Shown one piece after another: positions 1 through 11,918 of a stretch of DNA of 64,000 bases. The notes beneath the pieces are model-generated. The model ran no database searches, had not been told where the DNA came from, and worked only from the letters and a program-made list of their open reading frames with translations. Source of the DNA: an uncultured Chloroflexia bacterium (lineage in GTDB: Bacteria > Chloroflexota > Limnocylindria > Limnocylindrales > CSP1-4); the NCBI GenBank assembly GCA_963752475.1, contig CAVVYR010000006.1:480001-544000 (forward strand), written 5' to 3'. Made by a program: the position numbers and the translations under genes. Position 1 is the stretch's first letter. Every line of letters begins with the position of its first letter.

Positions 1-1
1 C

Positions 2-1660
<1,659 letters not shown>

Positions 1661-2407
1661 ATGCTGCCCGACTTCGTCCAGTACCTCCTGTTCATCGGCA
1701 TCGCCGCGCTGATGTTCATCCTGCGCCTGGATACGAAGCGGTTCAGCGCCGCCGAATGGGACACGCAGGACGGCGAGTGGCGCGTGTGGATGGGTCGGCT
1801 CAGCTGGTATGGCGCCGGCGTGGCTCTGGCGCTCATCGTCTTCGCGCTGCATCCCTCGCCCGTGGCGGACCTCAACCTCGTGCTTTCGCCCGATCGCACG
1901 GAGGCCATGGTCTACGGCCTCTTGTTCGGTGGCGCCGGCATCGTGGCGGCCTTCATGCTGGCGGTGCTGCGAAACGGTCGTATCAGCTTCCCGGCGCCCG
2001 GTCGCTACCCCGGAGGCGTGCTCACGGCGGTCGGTACCGCCTTCTACGACGAGTGGCTGTTCCGCGGCGTGATGCTCGGCCTGTTGCTGTCACTGGGCTT
2101 GCCCGACTGGCTGGCCATCGTCAGCGCCGCCTTCATCTACGCATTCACCGTGCGTGCGGGCACCGGCAGCCGGGGACTCTTCACCATGCTGCTGTGGGCA
2201 GCCATCGGTCTCGTCGCGGGTGCCCTGACGGTCTCGACGCTGGGCATCGCCGCCGGCTTCCTGGGGCACGCCATCACGCGCTTCGCGCTGTTCATGACGA
2301 TGGGTCCGCCCGAGCGCGCGGTCGTGGCCGAGGTGCACCGGCCGACCGGTGGCACCGGTGACAACGGCGCCTACGTCATCCAGCCACGAGACGTCCGCCG
2401 CGGCTAG
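1661..2407 (+). CDS. CPBP (CAAX protease/Abi) family intramembrane protein
   Basis: Multi-TM, DEWLFRG (variant of EExxFRG), HAIT near the C-terminus. Confidence 0.7.
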   Translation: MLPDFVQYLLFIGIAALMFILRLDTKRFSAAEWDTQDGEWRVWMGRLSWYGAGVALALIVFALHPSPVADLNLVLSPDRTEAMVYGLLFGGAGIVAAFMLAVLRNGRISFPAPGRYPGGVLTAVGTAFYDEWLFRGVMLGLLLSLGLPDWLAIVSAAFIYAFTVRAGTGSRGLFTMLLWAAIGLVAGALTVSTLGIAAGFLGHAITRFALFMTMGPPERAVVAEVHRPTGGTGDNGAYVIQPRDVRRG

Positions 2408-2426
2408 CGGCCCCGCCACCCGCTCC

Positions 2427-3644
2427 ATGACGGGGCCGTCCCCCGCCGAAGGGCTCTACGTCCACTTCCCGTTCTGTGTCTCGCTGTGTCCGTATTGCGA
2501 CTTCGTGGTCGTAGCAGGGAGCGCGACGCGAGGGCCCCAGAACCGGATCGAGGCGCTGATCGGTGGGCTGCATACCGAACTCGAACTCCGCACGCGTGCG
2601 GGACGGCCTGCGGCGGCGCTGCGGTCGGTCTACCTCGGTGGCGGTACGCCGTCGCTGGCGTCGGTCGCGCAGATCGCCGAGTTGCTCGAGGCGGTGGATC
2701 GGCGTCTCGGGATCGCGGCGGATGCCGAGATCACGCTGGAGACGAACCCCGGGGCTGCCGAGGTCGGCGACCTCGCCGGCTTCCGTGGGGCGGGCGTGAA
2801 TCGCCTGTCGATCGGGGCCCAGTCGATGGCCGATCCCGAGCTGCGTCGGCTGGGCCGCCGGCACCGAGCCTCGGACGTGGTCGCCGCGATGCGAACGGCA
2901 CGTGAGGCAGGGTTCTCATCGATCAGCCTGGACCTGCTCACCGACATCCCGGGCCAGACGCTTGACTCCTGGCGGGCCTCGCTCGACGCCGTACTGGCAC
3001 TTGAGCCCGAGCACCTCTCCGCCTACACGCTGAGCCTGGACGATCCCGATGCGGATGGCTTGACCGGTCCCGAGGGCGATCATCTGCCGGTCAGCCGAGG
3101 GGCCCGGGCCTGGCGCGACCGGGCGAGGGGAGAACAGTCCGAGGAACGAGCGGCCGAGATGGAGCGGCTCAGCGACGAACTGGCCGCGGCTGCGGGTCTG
3201 CAGCGCTACGAGATCGCCAATCTCGCACGACCCGGCCACGAGAGCCGGCACAACCTGCTCTACTGGCGGCGTCGGCCGTACCTCGCTGTGGGCCCAGGGG
3301 CCCACGCCTCCGATGGGTTTCGGACCCGGACCTGGAACGCCGCCCGGCTCGACGGCTACATCGAGGCGCTCGATCGAGGGCAGCTGCCTCCGGGTGGCTA
3401 CGAGGTCGTCGACGAGGCGACGATGCTGGCGGAGTCGGCCATCCTCGGGCTTCGGTTGCGCGAGGGCATCGGGCCCGAGCTGACACAGGAACCTGGGCTA
3501 CGCGACGGACTTGACTGGGCGCGAGCGCGAGGATTGCTCGAGGCATCCGGTGGTCGGGCTCGGCTCACGCAGGACGGCCGGTTGCTGGCCAACGAGGTCT
3601 TCGCCCGATTGCTGCCGACTGCGGGTTCCGCAGCCGGCGCGTAG
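2427..3644 (+). CDS. hemW: Radical SAM heme chaperone HemW (HemN-like)
   Basis: LYVHFPFCVSLCPYCDF (CxxxCxxC), GGGTPS, YEIAN, HNLLYW; position next to lepA. Confidence 0.92.
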   Translation: MTGPSPAEGLYVHFPFCVSLCPYCDFVVVAGSATRGPQNRIEALIGGLHTELELRTRAGRPAAALRSVYLGGGTPSLASVAQIAELLEAVDRRLGIAADAEITLETNPGAAEVGDLAGFRGAGVNRLSIGAQSMADPELRRLGRRHRASDVVAAMRTAREAGFSSISLDLLTDIPGQTLDSWRASLDAVLALEPEHLSAYTLSLDDPDADGLTGPEGDHLPVSRGARAWRDRARGEQSEERAAEMERLSDELAAAAGLQRYEIANLARPGHESRHNLLYWRRRPYLAVGPGAHASDGFRTRTWNAARLDGYIEALDRGQLPPGGYEVVDEATMLAESAILGLRLREGIGPELTQEPGLRDGLDWARARGLLEASGGRARLTQDGRLLANEVFARLLPTAGSAAGA

Positions 3645-3654
3645 CATGCGCTCC

Positions 3655-4437
3655 ATGCCAGCCGTGATCCTGCGCCGTATCGTCGCGGCCACCCTGTCGA
3701 CCATCCTGCTGCTAAGCGCCGCGCTCCCGGCGGTGGCGGCGCCTGCTGCGCCCACGATCGACTCCGCTCTCGAGTCGCTCCTGGCCTCGACCGGCCCGGT
3801 GGTTGGGACGGCCAAGGTCAGGCTCCCGGCTTGCGGGGTGAAGGACGAGATGACGCGCTACGCAAAGGTCAAGCAGTGGAAGAAGACGCTGCTCGATACG
3901 AACCTGCGGTTGCCGAAGGGCTACCAGCCGTGGGACCTGGTCAGCGTGAAGCGGGCCGATGTCGCCGGCTCGGGCAAGGTCCGCAAGCGGATCATCAAGG
4001 ACCTCAAGGCCCTCGGCAGGGCCGCGCGCAAGGCCGGCAAGCCGCTGGCGGTGCGCTCGGCCTGGCGCTCCTACGACTACCAGGCGGCGCTGTTCAACAG
4101 CTATGTGCGTTCCTACGGGCGAGCGCAGGCCTTGAAGTTCTCTGCTCGACCGGGCCATTCAGAGCACCAGCTGGGCACGACCGTCGACTTCACCGTCGGG
4201 CCGGGCGTGCCGCTCTCGACGAAGTTCGGCGACTCCCCCTCGGGTAAGTGGCTCCGTCGAAACGGCTGGAAGTTCGGCTTCATCATGTCCTATCCCAAGG
4301 GCAAGAAGAGCGCCTCCTGCTATGGCTACGAGCCGTGGCACTGGCGCTACTTCGGGCCCAAGCTCGCGCGCCAGATCCACGAGAGCGGCCAAGTCCCGCG
4401 CCGCTACCTCTACGAGACCTTCGAGACCGCGCCGTAG
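3655..4437 (+). CDS. Secreted D,D-carboxypeptidase, peptidase M15B (VanY-like)
   Basis: Signal peptide, SAWRS, SEHQLGTTVD and EPWHWRY zinc motifs. Confidence 0.88.
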   Translation: MPAVILRRIVAATLSTILLLSAALPAVAAPAAPTIDSALESLLASTGPVVGTAKVRLPACGVKDEMTRYAKVKQWKKTLLDTNLRLPKGYQPWDLVSVKRADVAGSGKVRKRIIKDLKALGRAARKAGKPLAVRSAWRSYDYQAALFNSYVRSYGRAQALKFSARPGHSEHQLGTTVDFTVGPGVPLSTKFGDSPSGKWLRRNGWKFGFIMSYPKGKKSASCYGYEPWHWRYFGPKLARQIHESGQVPRRYLYETFETAP

Positions 4438-4633
4438 CGCCCACGCCGGCTTGCACCGCGCGCAAGGGGCAGTCCCGTTCGCACTCCTGTGCCTCACGCA
4501 GGTCACGAGCAGCGTCGAGCAGCGTGGGGCCACCTGACGCACGCGACTCGAGCCAGGTGGACCCTGTCGGCGGTGGCCCTCATGACTACGATGGAAGCAT
4601 CCGCGCCCTGACCACCCCGAGGAGATGCAGAAC

Positions 4634-5842
4634 ATGAGTGCCAAGATCGATCCCAGCGCCAGCACCATCCAGGAAAGGCTGCTGTGGGCGGTCGACGAGC
4701 TCGAGATCGAGATTCCCTCGTGGGGCTTCCTCAACACCGGCACGCGTTTCAAGGTCTGGCAGCAGCAGGGCACCCCGCGCACGGTCGAGGAGAAGATCGA
4801 CGACTGCGGCACGGTCCGGCGCTACACCGGCATCGCCCACACCATCAGCCTGCACATCCCCTGGGACAAGACCGACGACTACACCGGCCTGCTCGAGTAC
4901 ATCAACACCAAGGACATGGGCGTCGGTGCCATCAACCTCAACACCTTCCAGGACCCCGACTACATGCTCGGCTCCATGTGTCACCCCGACCCCGACGTGC
5001 GCGACAAGGCCCTCGCCGCGCTCAAGGAGTGCTGCGAGATCGCCGACGAGATGGGCAGCCCCGCGGTCAAGGTCTGGCTCGGCGACGGCACGAACTACCC
5101 CGGGCAGGATGACCTGCGCTGGCGCCGCAACCGGCTCGTCGAAGGGCTGCAGCAGGCCTACGCCTGGCTGCCCGAGGACGCGCGCATGTTCCTCGAGTAC
5201 AAGATCTTCGAGCCCGCGCTCTACTCCACCGACGTGCAGGACTGGGGTCAGTCGATGGCGGTCTGCAACCGCGTCGGCGAGCGGGCCGTGGTCTGTGTCG
5301 ACACCGGCCACCACAGCCTCGGCGTGAACATCGAGCAGATCGTGGCCCTGCTGCTGGCCGAGGGCAAGCTCGGTGCCTTCGACCTCAACGACAAGAAGTA
5401 CGGCGATGACGACCTCATGGTCGGCTCCATCGACCCGTACCAGATGTTCCGCATCACCCACGAGCTCATCAACGCCATGCGCGACGACGACGACCCGGTG
5501 GCCCAGAAGACCGCGGAGAACACGGCCTACATGCTCGACCAGTGCCACAACATCGAGCCTAAGGTGCCGGCCATCATCCGCTCGGTGCAGACGCTGCAGG
5601 AGCTCTTCGCCAAGGCCCTGCTCGTCGATCGTGAGGCGCTGCTGGCCGCCCAGCGGGCGGGCGACGTGCTAAAGGCCAACAACGTGCTCTGGGACGCCTT
5701 CTTCACCGACGTCCGCGGCCCGCTCGCCGAGCTGCGCCAGGAACGTGGCCTGCCGGGCGATCCCTTCAAGGCCTACCTCGACTCGGGCGAGGACGAGCAG
5801 CGCGCCGCCGACCGCGTGGGAGGCGAAGCCCAGAGCTGGTAG
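4634..5842 (+). CDS. rhaI: L-rhamnose isomerase (RhaI type, xylose-isomerase-like TIM barrel)
   Basis: PSWGF..TGTRF, SLHIPWD, GDGTNYPGQ, EYKIFEP, DTGHH, DDDL, DQCHN; AGGAG upstream. Confidence 0.85.
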   Translation: MSAKIDPSASTIQERLLWAVDELEIEIPSWGFLNTGTRFKVWQQQGTPRTVEEKIDDCGTVRRYTGIAHTISLHIPWDKTDDYTGLLEYINTKDMGVGAINLNTFQDPDYMLGSMCHPDPDVRDKALAALKECCEIADEMGSPAVKVWLGDGTNYPGQDDLRWRRNRLVEGLQQAYAWLPEDARMFLEYKIFEPALYSTDVQDWGQSMAVCNRVGERAVVCVDTGHHSLGVNIEQIVALLLAEGKLGAFDLNDKKYGDDDLMVGSIDPYQMFRITHELINAMRDDDDPVAQKTAENTAYMLDQCHNIEPKVPAIIRSVQTLQELFAKALLVDREALLAAQRAGDVLKANNVLWDAFFTDVRGPLAELRQERGLPGDPFKAYLDSGEDEQRAADRVGGEAQSW

Positions 5843-5943
5843 CGGCCCTGACTCCCGTGCTTCACGAGGCGCTGTAAGGGTTCGTCCCGGCGTCAGGCCA
5901 GAGCCGCGGCTTCCTCATCGTCATCCGACCGGAGGCGTCGGAC

Positions 5944-6792
5944 TCAGCCCGATAGGCTTGGAGCCTCCTGCGGCTCGGAGCTCAAGTCGGGGATGAGCAG
6001 TGCCGCGCCGACGAAGAAGAAGCAGGCGCCGACGAAGGTGAACAGGTTCACCAGCGGCAGGCTCAGCAACTCACCCGTCGATGGCACGATGAAGGCCGCC
6101 ACGGCCGAGATGCCGAAGGCGATGGAGCCCAGCATGTTGAGCCCGGCGATGCGCGACTCCAGCGAGCGGAAGAGGATGCCCCGCAGCTGATCGTGCGTCT
6201 CCATGATGACGAGGGCGCTGGCCACCAGGAAGAGGACCGAGCCAACCACGTCTGGCGCCCAGATCAAGCGTTCGCCCTGCTGGGTCGTGAGGTCGCGCGT
6301 GCCGGCGAAAGTGCTGACGTTGAAGGCCACGGTGCCGACCAGTTGCGTTGCCGCCGCCCACCAGCCCATCGAGTTGGACCTGATCCCGAAGAGCCGCTGG
6401 GTCCGCCCACGGTCCTCGAGGTCGTCGCCTTCGTTGGTGGCTTCGTAGAACTGCAGATATGCGGCCGAGGTGAAGAAGATGGAGCCGATGAAGAACACCC
6501 ACGCGGCCGCCGAGCCGAGGGCAGCCGCCGCCAACGGGAGCGAGCCGAGGGCGAAGCAGGCGGAACCGACCATGAAGAGCACGGCGATCCACCAGCCGCG
6601 ACGGTCCGGCGCCCACCAGCGGACCTGGCGCCCACGGGAGGGGGCCCCGCGATCGATGAGGCCGTGACCCTTGCGGTGGCGCCAGGCGGTGTACTCGAAC
6701 TCACGGCCGTCAGGGCGACGCAGCACCCGCGAGGTGACGAAGGGGCCGATGCCCCGGCGGTCGACCTCCTCCCAGCCCGTGGCCTCGGTCAC
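5944..6792 (-). CDS. YrhK-like multi-pass membrane protein
   Basis: Repeated FxxGSxxF TM helices, WAPDVVGS. Confidence 0.65.
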   Translation of the reverse strand: MTEATGWEEVDRRGIGPFVTSRVLRRPDGREFEYTAWRHRKGHGLIDRGAPSRGRQVRWWAPDRRGWWIAVLFMVGSACFALGSLPLAAAALGSAAAWVFFIGSIFFTSAAYLQFYEATNEGDDLEDRGRTQRLFGIRSNSMGWWAAATQLVGTVAFNVSTFAGTRDLTTQQGERLIWAPDVVGSVLFLVASALVIMETHDQLRGILFRSLESRIAGLNMLGSIAFGISAVAAFIVPSTGELLSLPLVNLFTFVGACFFFVGAALLIPDLSSEPQEAPSLSG

Positions 6793-6800
6793 CTCGATGC

Positions 6801-8183
6801 CTAGTGCTTGAAACCAGCTCTTTCCGCAGACCGTCGTGGGGGGTTCGCGAGCAGGTCGGCAGCTGCCTTCGTGATGTCCTCGATGAGGGCGCGGCCCAGG
6901 TCGCCGCTGAAGCCCTCGCGCACCACGATGCGGAGGACGGCGACATCGGTGGCGTTGTCGGGCATCGTGTACGCGGGCACCTGCCAGCCGTGGTAGCGCA
7001 GCCGGTCGGAGAGGTCGAACGCGGTGTAGGGCACGTCGTCGGCCACCGTGAACGAGAGCACCGGGATGGCGCTGCCGTCACTGACGATGGTGAAGGGTCC
7101 GATCTGCGCGATCCGCGACGAGAGCTCCAGCGCGATGCCCTGGAGTGTCGCGCATGATCTTGGTGTAGCCGGAGCGTCCGAGCCGGATGAAGTTGTAGTA
7201 CTGGCCCACGACCTGGTTGCCGGGGCGCGAGAAGTTCAGCGTGAAGGTGGGCATGTCGCCACCGAGGTAGTTGACGTGGAAGATGAGCTCCTCGGGCAGA
7301 TGCACCTGGTCGCGCCAGACGACGAAGCCGATGCCGGGGTAGACGAGGCCGTACTTGTGGCCCGAGACATTGATGGAGACGACGTTCGGTAGTCGGAAGT
7401 CCCACTCGAGGTCGGGGTAGAGGAACGGCGCCACGAAGCCACCCGAGGCAGCGTCGACATGGATGGGCGTCTCCAGGCCGGTCGCAGCATTGTTGGCCAC
7501 GACCGCGTCGTGGATCTCCTTGATGGGCTCGTACTCGCCGGTGTAGGTCGTGCCCAGGATGGCGATGACGCCGATGGTGTTCTCGTCGACCGCGGCGACC
7601 GCGGCCTCAGGGGTGATGACGTAGTGGCCCTTCTCCACCGGCACATAGCGCGGCTCGACGTCCCAGTAGCGGCAGAACTTCTCCCACACCACCTGCACGT
7701 TGGACCCCAGCACCAGGTTCGGCTTGGAGGTGTCCTGTCCGGCAGCCTCTCGGCGCTGGCGCCAGCGCCACTTCATGGCCAGACCGCCGAGCATGACCGC
7801 CTCCGAGGACCGGTCGTCGACACGCCGACGGCGTCTCCCTCGGTGGGCGCGTGGAAGAGGTCGGCCACGATGTTGACGCAGCGCTTCTCGATCTCGGCGG
7901 TGGAAGGGTACTCGTCCTTGTCGATCATGTTCTTGTCGAACGAGGCTGCCATCAGGCGCTCCGCCTGCGGCTCCATCCAGGTGGTCACGAACGTCGCCAG
8001 GTTGAGGCGGGCGTTGCCGTCGAGCATGAGCTCGTCGCCGATGAGGCGCTCCGCGGTGTCGGGCATGGCGCCGTGCTCGGGGAGGCGGTACTTGGGCATC
8101 TCGGCGAGGTCCATGCGATGCGTGTAGGCAGGAGAGACGATCTCCTCCTCGACCTCGCGTGCTGTGAGCTTCTTGACCACCAT
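6801..8183 (-). CDS. gadB: Glutamate decarboxylase (PLP-dependent), split by two frameshifts (~7810 and ~7146)
   Basis: [43 protein letters not shown] and GWQVPAY fall in three different frames; GGAGAAGAGG upstream. Confidence 0.9.
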
Positions 8184-8342
8184 GGCGCGACCTCTTCTCC
8201 AGTGTCTGTCTGCCCATCGGGGCGGGCTGCCCTTGAAGGGCTGTGTGGGAGTCGCCGCGACCCTCGTGGTGGGACCCCGGCAGACGTGGCTGACTCTACA
8301 CCGGGGCAACGACGGGCGGAGCAACCGAAACTGGCGCTGGCC

Positions 8343-9635
8343 TCAGCTCGGCGGCTGGGCAGCAGGCGGGCCGGCAGACTGAGCACGCTCCGCCAGGATC
8401 GAGCGCACCCCGGCGACGATCAGGGACGCGGTGCCCACCGCGATCAGGATGGGGGCCGTCTGGAGCGTGCCGACCTGGGTCAGCAGCGCCGCCAGCAGGA
8501 CCAGCGAGAAGGGCGCTGAGACGATGGCACCCGGTACCGCTGCGAGCAGGCAGGCGAAGGCCAGCCCCAGGGGCACGTCCGGGACGACCTGGTTGACGAT
8601 GACGCCGGACGTGCCACCGATGAAGAGGACCGGGAAGATGGGGCCACCGATGAAGCCGCTGGCCGCGCTCACCGCGAAGGCCACCATCTTGCCCAGGAGG
8701 ATCGCGACGAGGAGCCCGAGCCCCAGGGTCTGCGCGTCCGTCAGCACGAGCTCCAGCTGGTCGCTGCCGGTGAAGGCGGTCAGCGGGAGCACCACCGCGA
8801 TGAGTCCGAAGGCGATCCCGCCGATGACGGGCTTGGCCAGGTCGTTGACCGGCAGAAGTGCGAAGACCTTCCCGGCCACCATCCGGATGCTCACCGAGAT
8901 GATGGCCACGGCCGCCGCGAGCACGCCCAGGCCCACGCCGGCGAGCAGGTGCCAATCCTCGAAATCGTAGGCCGGGATCGAGTAGATACCCAGGAACACG
9001 CTGCCGATGATGGCGAAGTAGATACCGAACGCGACGCTCGATGCCACGAGGCTCCCGAAGAACGTGCGCTCGAACCTCTCCCGGGCCGGCCGCGCGACCT
9101 CGATGACGAGGGCCATCGAGATGAGCGGGCTCGAGAAGAGTCCGCCGAAGGCACCGGCCATGCCGCTGAGCGTCAGGGCCCTGGTGTCGTCTTCCCCGAG
9201 ACCGCGCAGCCTGGCTATCCAGCCGGCCGTACCGCCGCCGATCTGTCCGAGGGCGACCTCTGGCCCCAGGCTGGCCCCACCCACCAGGGAGACGGCCGAG
9301 ACGGCCACGATCGAGGGTACGGACCGCTCGTCGACGTGCTCATCCTGCAGGTCTGCGATCAGGCCCGGTGTCTTGGGCGGCATCTTGAGCACTCGGCGCA
9401 GGATGCCCACGACGAGACCCGCGAGCGCGGCTACACCGACCCACCAGACTGGTCCATCGAACCAACCTGTGCCCGGGTCGCCGTACCAGCTGGCGCCGAC
9501 ACCGGTCACGCCCAGGAAGACGATGCCCGCGAGCGCGCCCACTACCCCCAGCAACGCGGCATACGCGACCAAACGCCAGAAGCTGCGCTTCTGCATCTCG
9601 GCCGAGGGCTCCTTCATGCTCGTGACATCGCTCAT
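8343..9635 (-). CDS. CLC-family chloride channel/transporter (YfeO-like, no CBS domain)
   Basis: Many TM helices, SLGPE, GAFGGLFSSP, GFIGGPIFP. Confidence 0.85.
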   Translation of the reverse strand: MSDVTSMKEPSAEMQKRSFWRLVAYAALLGVVGALAGIVFLGVTGVGASWYGDPGTGWFDGPVWWVGVAALAGLVVGILRRVLKMPPKTPGLIADLQDEHVDERSVPSIVAVSAVSLVGGASLGPEVALGQIGGGTAGWIARLRGLGEDDTRALTLSGMAGAFGGLFSSPLISMALVIEVARPARERFERTFFGSLVASSVAFGIYFAIIGSVFLGIYSIPAYDFEDWHLLAGVGLGVLAAAVAIISVSIRMVAGKVFALLPVNDLAKPVIGGIAFGLIAVVLPLTAFTGSDQLELVLTDAQTLGLGLLVAILLGKMVAFAVSAASGFIGGPIFPVLFIGGTSGVIVNQVVPDVPLGLAFACLLAAVPGAIVSAPFSLVLLAALLTQVGTLQTAPILIAVGTASLIVAGVRSILAERAQSAGPPAAQPPS

Positions 9636-9851
9636 CCGACTCGCTCCTGGGGCTTGGCTCCACGGCCACCCCCGCCGCATCGACGAGGTGGCCTCTTGAG
9701 ACTATCGCGCTGAGATGTCTGGCGGGCGGTGCGAGACCGACAGCCGCGACCGAAACGCCAAGCTGACTGGTACTAGATCGTGATTCGGCGCAGACTGGTG
9801 GCCAAACAGCAATGAGAGCCGAGCGTCATGTCCCAGAGAGGTAGCAGATCG

Positions 9852-10592
9852 ATGTTGGACGGCGCGAAGGGTCCGCCACAGGGCCCGCTCACCCCCGACG
9901 ATGACCCGGTGAACGTGGTCACGCGAGTCGAGGGACGGCTCGATGATCTCGCTCAGCGCTTCGACCGGAGCGACTGGGTGGAGCTTGCGGCGGCGGTCAT
10001 CCTCGCCCTCGCGACGATCATCGCGGCGTGGTCGGCCTACCAGTCGACCAGGTGGAGCGGTGAACAGGCCACGGCTGCCAACCTGGCCATCGGCTTGCGC
10101 ACCGAGGCCGCCGAGGCCACGACCATCAACGCCGAGGGCGCGGAGATTGACGCCGAGTTCCTGACCGCCTGGCTCATCGTCGCGGCCGAAGGCAATGAGT
10201 CGGGCATGGTCGTCCTCGAGGAGCGGCTCCGAGATGAGTTCAGGCCCGCCTTCGAGGCCTGGCTGGAACTGACACCGGAAGGGGTGGTCCCTCCGGGCAC
10301 GCCCTTCGACCTGCCGCAATACGACGAGTACGCCGTCGATGCACGCGAGGACGCGTTCGACCTGAGTCGGCAGGCGGACGAGGCCACCGCGATCGCAGCG
10401 ACGGCCAATCAGACCGGCGACAACTTCGTGCTCGTGGCGGTCATCATGGCCTCCGTCCTCTTCTTCGCCGGCGTCGGGTCCAAGTTCAAGGGGAGGGCCA
10501 TCAGGATCGCGATGGTGTTCGCGGCTGCCGCCCTGTTCCTGGGCGGCTTGGCCTTCATGCTGAGCCTGCCGCAGAACTTCGGCCTTGGCTGA
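9852..10592 (+). CDS. Conserved membrane protein (DUF4337-like), paralog of 56680-57414
   Basis: ELAAAVILALAT..AAWSAYQ..RW; ANQTGDNFVL..VIMASVLFFAG. Confidence 0.7.
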   Translation: MLDGAKGPPQGPLTPDDDPVNVVTRVEGRLDDLAQRFDRSDWVELAAAVILALATIIAAWSAYQSTRWSGEQATAANLAIGLRTEAAEATTINAEGAEIDAEFLTAWLIVAAEGNESGMVVLEERLRDEFRPAFEAWLELTPEGVVPPGTPFDLPQYDEYAVDAREDAFDLSRQADEATAIAATANQTGDNFVLVAVIMASVLFFAGVGSKFKGRAIRIAMVFAAAALFLGGLAFMLSLPQNFGLG

Positions 10593-10745
10593 GCGGCTTC
10601 TCGCCGGCCGGCCGGAACCGTCCCGCCGCGCGGTCCCACCCGCGGGCTGGATCACTGGGCGGAGCTGAGGGCGCAGCGCTGGCGTCTCCCCCATAGGCAT
10701 CGCGAGCGATGCGGTCGGCTGCGTGCGGTCCGCTCTTCGAGTTCG

Positions 10746-10775
10746 TTGACACTCGGGGTGGGGGACTGATAGGAT
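10746..10775 (+). promoter_or_regulatory. Sigma70-type promoter of the hrcA-grpE-dnaK operon
   Basis: TTGACA (10746-10751), 18 nt, TAGGAT (10770-10775) with extended TG. Confidence 0.8.
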
Positions 10776-10788
10776 ATGCCCCAGGGAG

Positions 10789-10815
10789 TTAGCACTCAGG
10801 ACAGGCGAGTGCTAA
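10789..10815. promoter_or_regulatory. CIRCE element (HrcA operator)
   Basis: Perfect TTAGCACTC-N9-GAGTGCTAA directly upstream of hrcA. Confidence 0.97.
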
Positions 10816-10853
10816 CCTCCACCCGCAGACACCCACCGCAAGACGAGGATCGA

Positions 10854-11918
10854 TTGGCGAGGCGAAAGGTACGCCCAGGACCGCTGGAGGACCGTTCAGC
10901 GGCCATCCTGCGGGCGATCATCGAGGAATACGTGGCCACCGCGCAGCCGGTGGGCAGTGTCGCGTTGGTCGAGAAGTACGCGCTCTCCATCAGTCCTGCC
11001 ACCGTGCGCAACATCATGGCGGAGCTGGAGACCGCGGCGCTGCTGGGTCATCCCCACACGAGTGCGGGTCGCGTGCCCACGGACCGCGGCTATCGCCTGT
11101 ACGTCGAGTCCATCGCGGACTCCGTCAGCCTCGCGCCCGTCGAGCAACTGATGATCCGTCACCAGTTCGGCCAGGTCGAGTTCGCCAACGAGCAGTGGTT
11201 CCGGCTGGCTGCCTCCACGCTCGCGAGCGCCACCGGCTGCGCGGCCATCGCCACGCCCATCAAGCCCCAGGCCTGCCGCATCCGCCGCATCGACATCGTA
11301 CCCACGGCGGAGCGCAACGCCAGCCTCGTGCTGGTCATGGCCGTGGGGCCGGTCAAGCAGGTGCTGCTCAACCTCGACCACGAGTACCGAGCCGCGGAGC
11401 TGGACGAGATCGCGCATGGCATCGACCGCGTGCTGAGGGCCAAGACCACAGCGGAGGTGGACGCCGTGCTCGACACCTTGCGCGAGCGCCCGGGCTCGGT
11501 CGACCCGCTCTTCACCCAGGCCGTGGAACGTGTCTCCCGCGTCATGCACGAGTTCGACGCCAGCGCCATCGAGGAGGTCTTCAGCGAGGGCCTGCTCAAC
11601 GTCATGAAGGAGCCCGAGTTCGATCGCTCCGAGCGGCTGCGCCGCGTCTTCAACGTCCTGCAGGACCGCGTCTACCTGGGTGAGCTGGTGAGCCGGCTCG
11701 CGGCCAGCGACGACGTGACCGTCCTCATCGGCAGCGAGAACGAGCACGAGGAGATGAACGACGTCTCGCTCGTGGTCGCCTCCTACGGCCGCTCCGACCG
11801 CGCGGTCGGGGTCGTCGGTGTCATCGGCCCGACGCGCATGGCCTATCCCCACGCCATCTCAACGGTCCGCTACGTGCGCGGCCTCATGAACGAATTGGTG
11901 GACCACCTGTACGCATGA
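10854..11918 (+). CDS. hrcA: Heat-inducible transcription repressor HrcA
   Basis: SPATVRN.MA.LE, PHTSAGRVPT..GYR, VIGPTRM.Y; probable TTG start after GAGGA. Confidence 0.96.
   Translation: MARRKVRPGPLEDRSAAILRAIIEEYVATAQPVGSVALVEKYALSISPATVRNIMAELETAALLGHPHTSAGRVPTDRGYRLYVESIADSVSLAPVEQLMIRHQFGQVEFANEQWFRLAASTLASATGCAAIATPIKPQACRIRRIDIVPTAERNASLVLVMAVGPVKQVLLNLDHEYRAAELDEIAHGIDRVLRAKTTAEVDAVLDTLRERPGSVDPLFTQAVERVSRVMHEFDASAIEEVFSEGLLNVMKEPEFDRSERLRRVFNVLQDRVYLGELVSRLAASDDVTVLIGSENEHEEMNDVSLVVASYGRSDRAVGVVGVIGPTRMAYPHAISTVRYVRGLMNELVDHLYA

Noticed and set aside
3655-4437. Vancomycin resistance (vanY)
   Set aside because: No vanHAX or vanRS genes; M15B peptidases are common housekeeping enzymes
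10776-10853. hrcA start at ATG 10776
   Set aside because: It abuts the -10 box and would include the CIRCE; TTG 10854 has an RBS and gives a typical HrcA N-terminus
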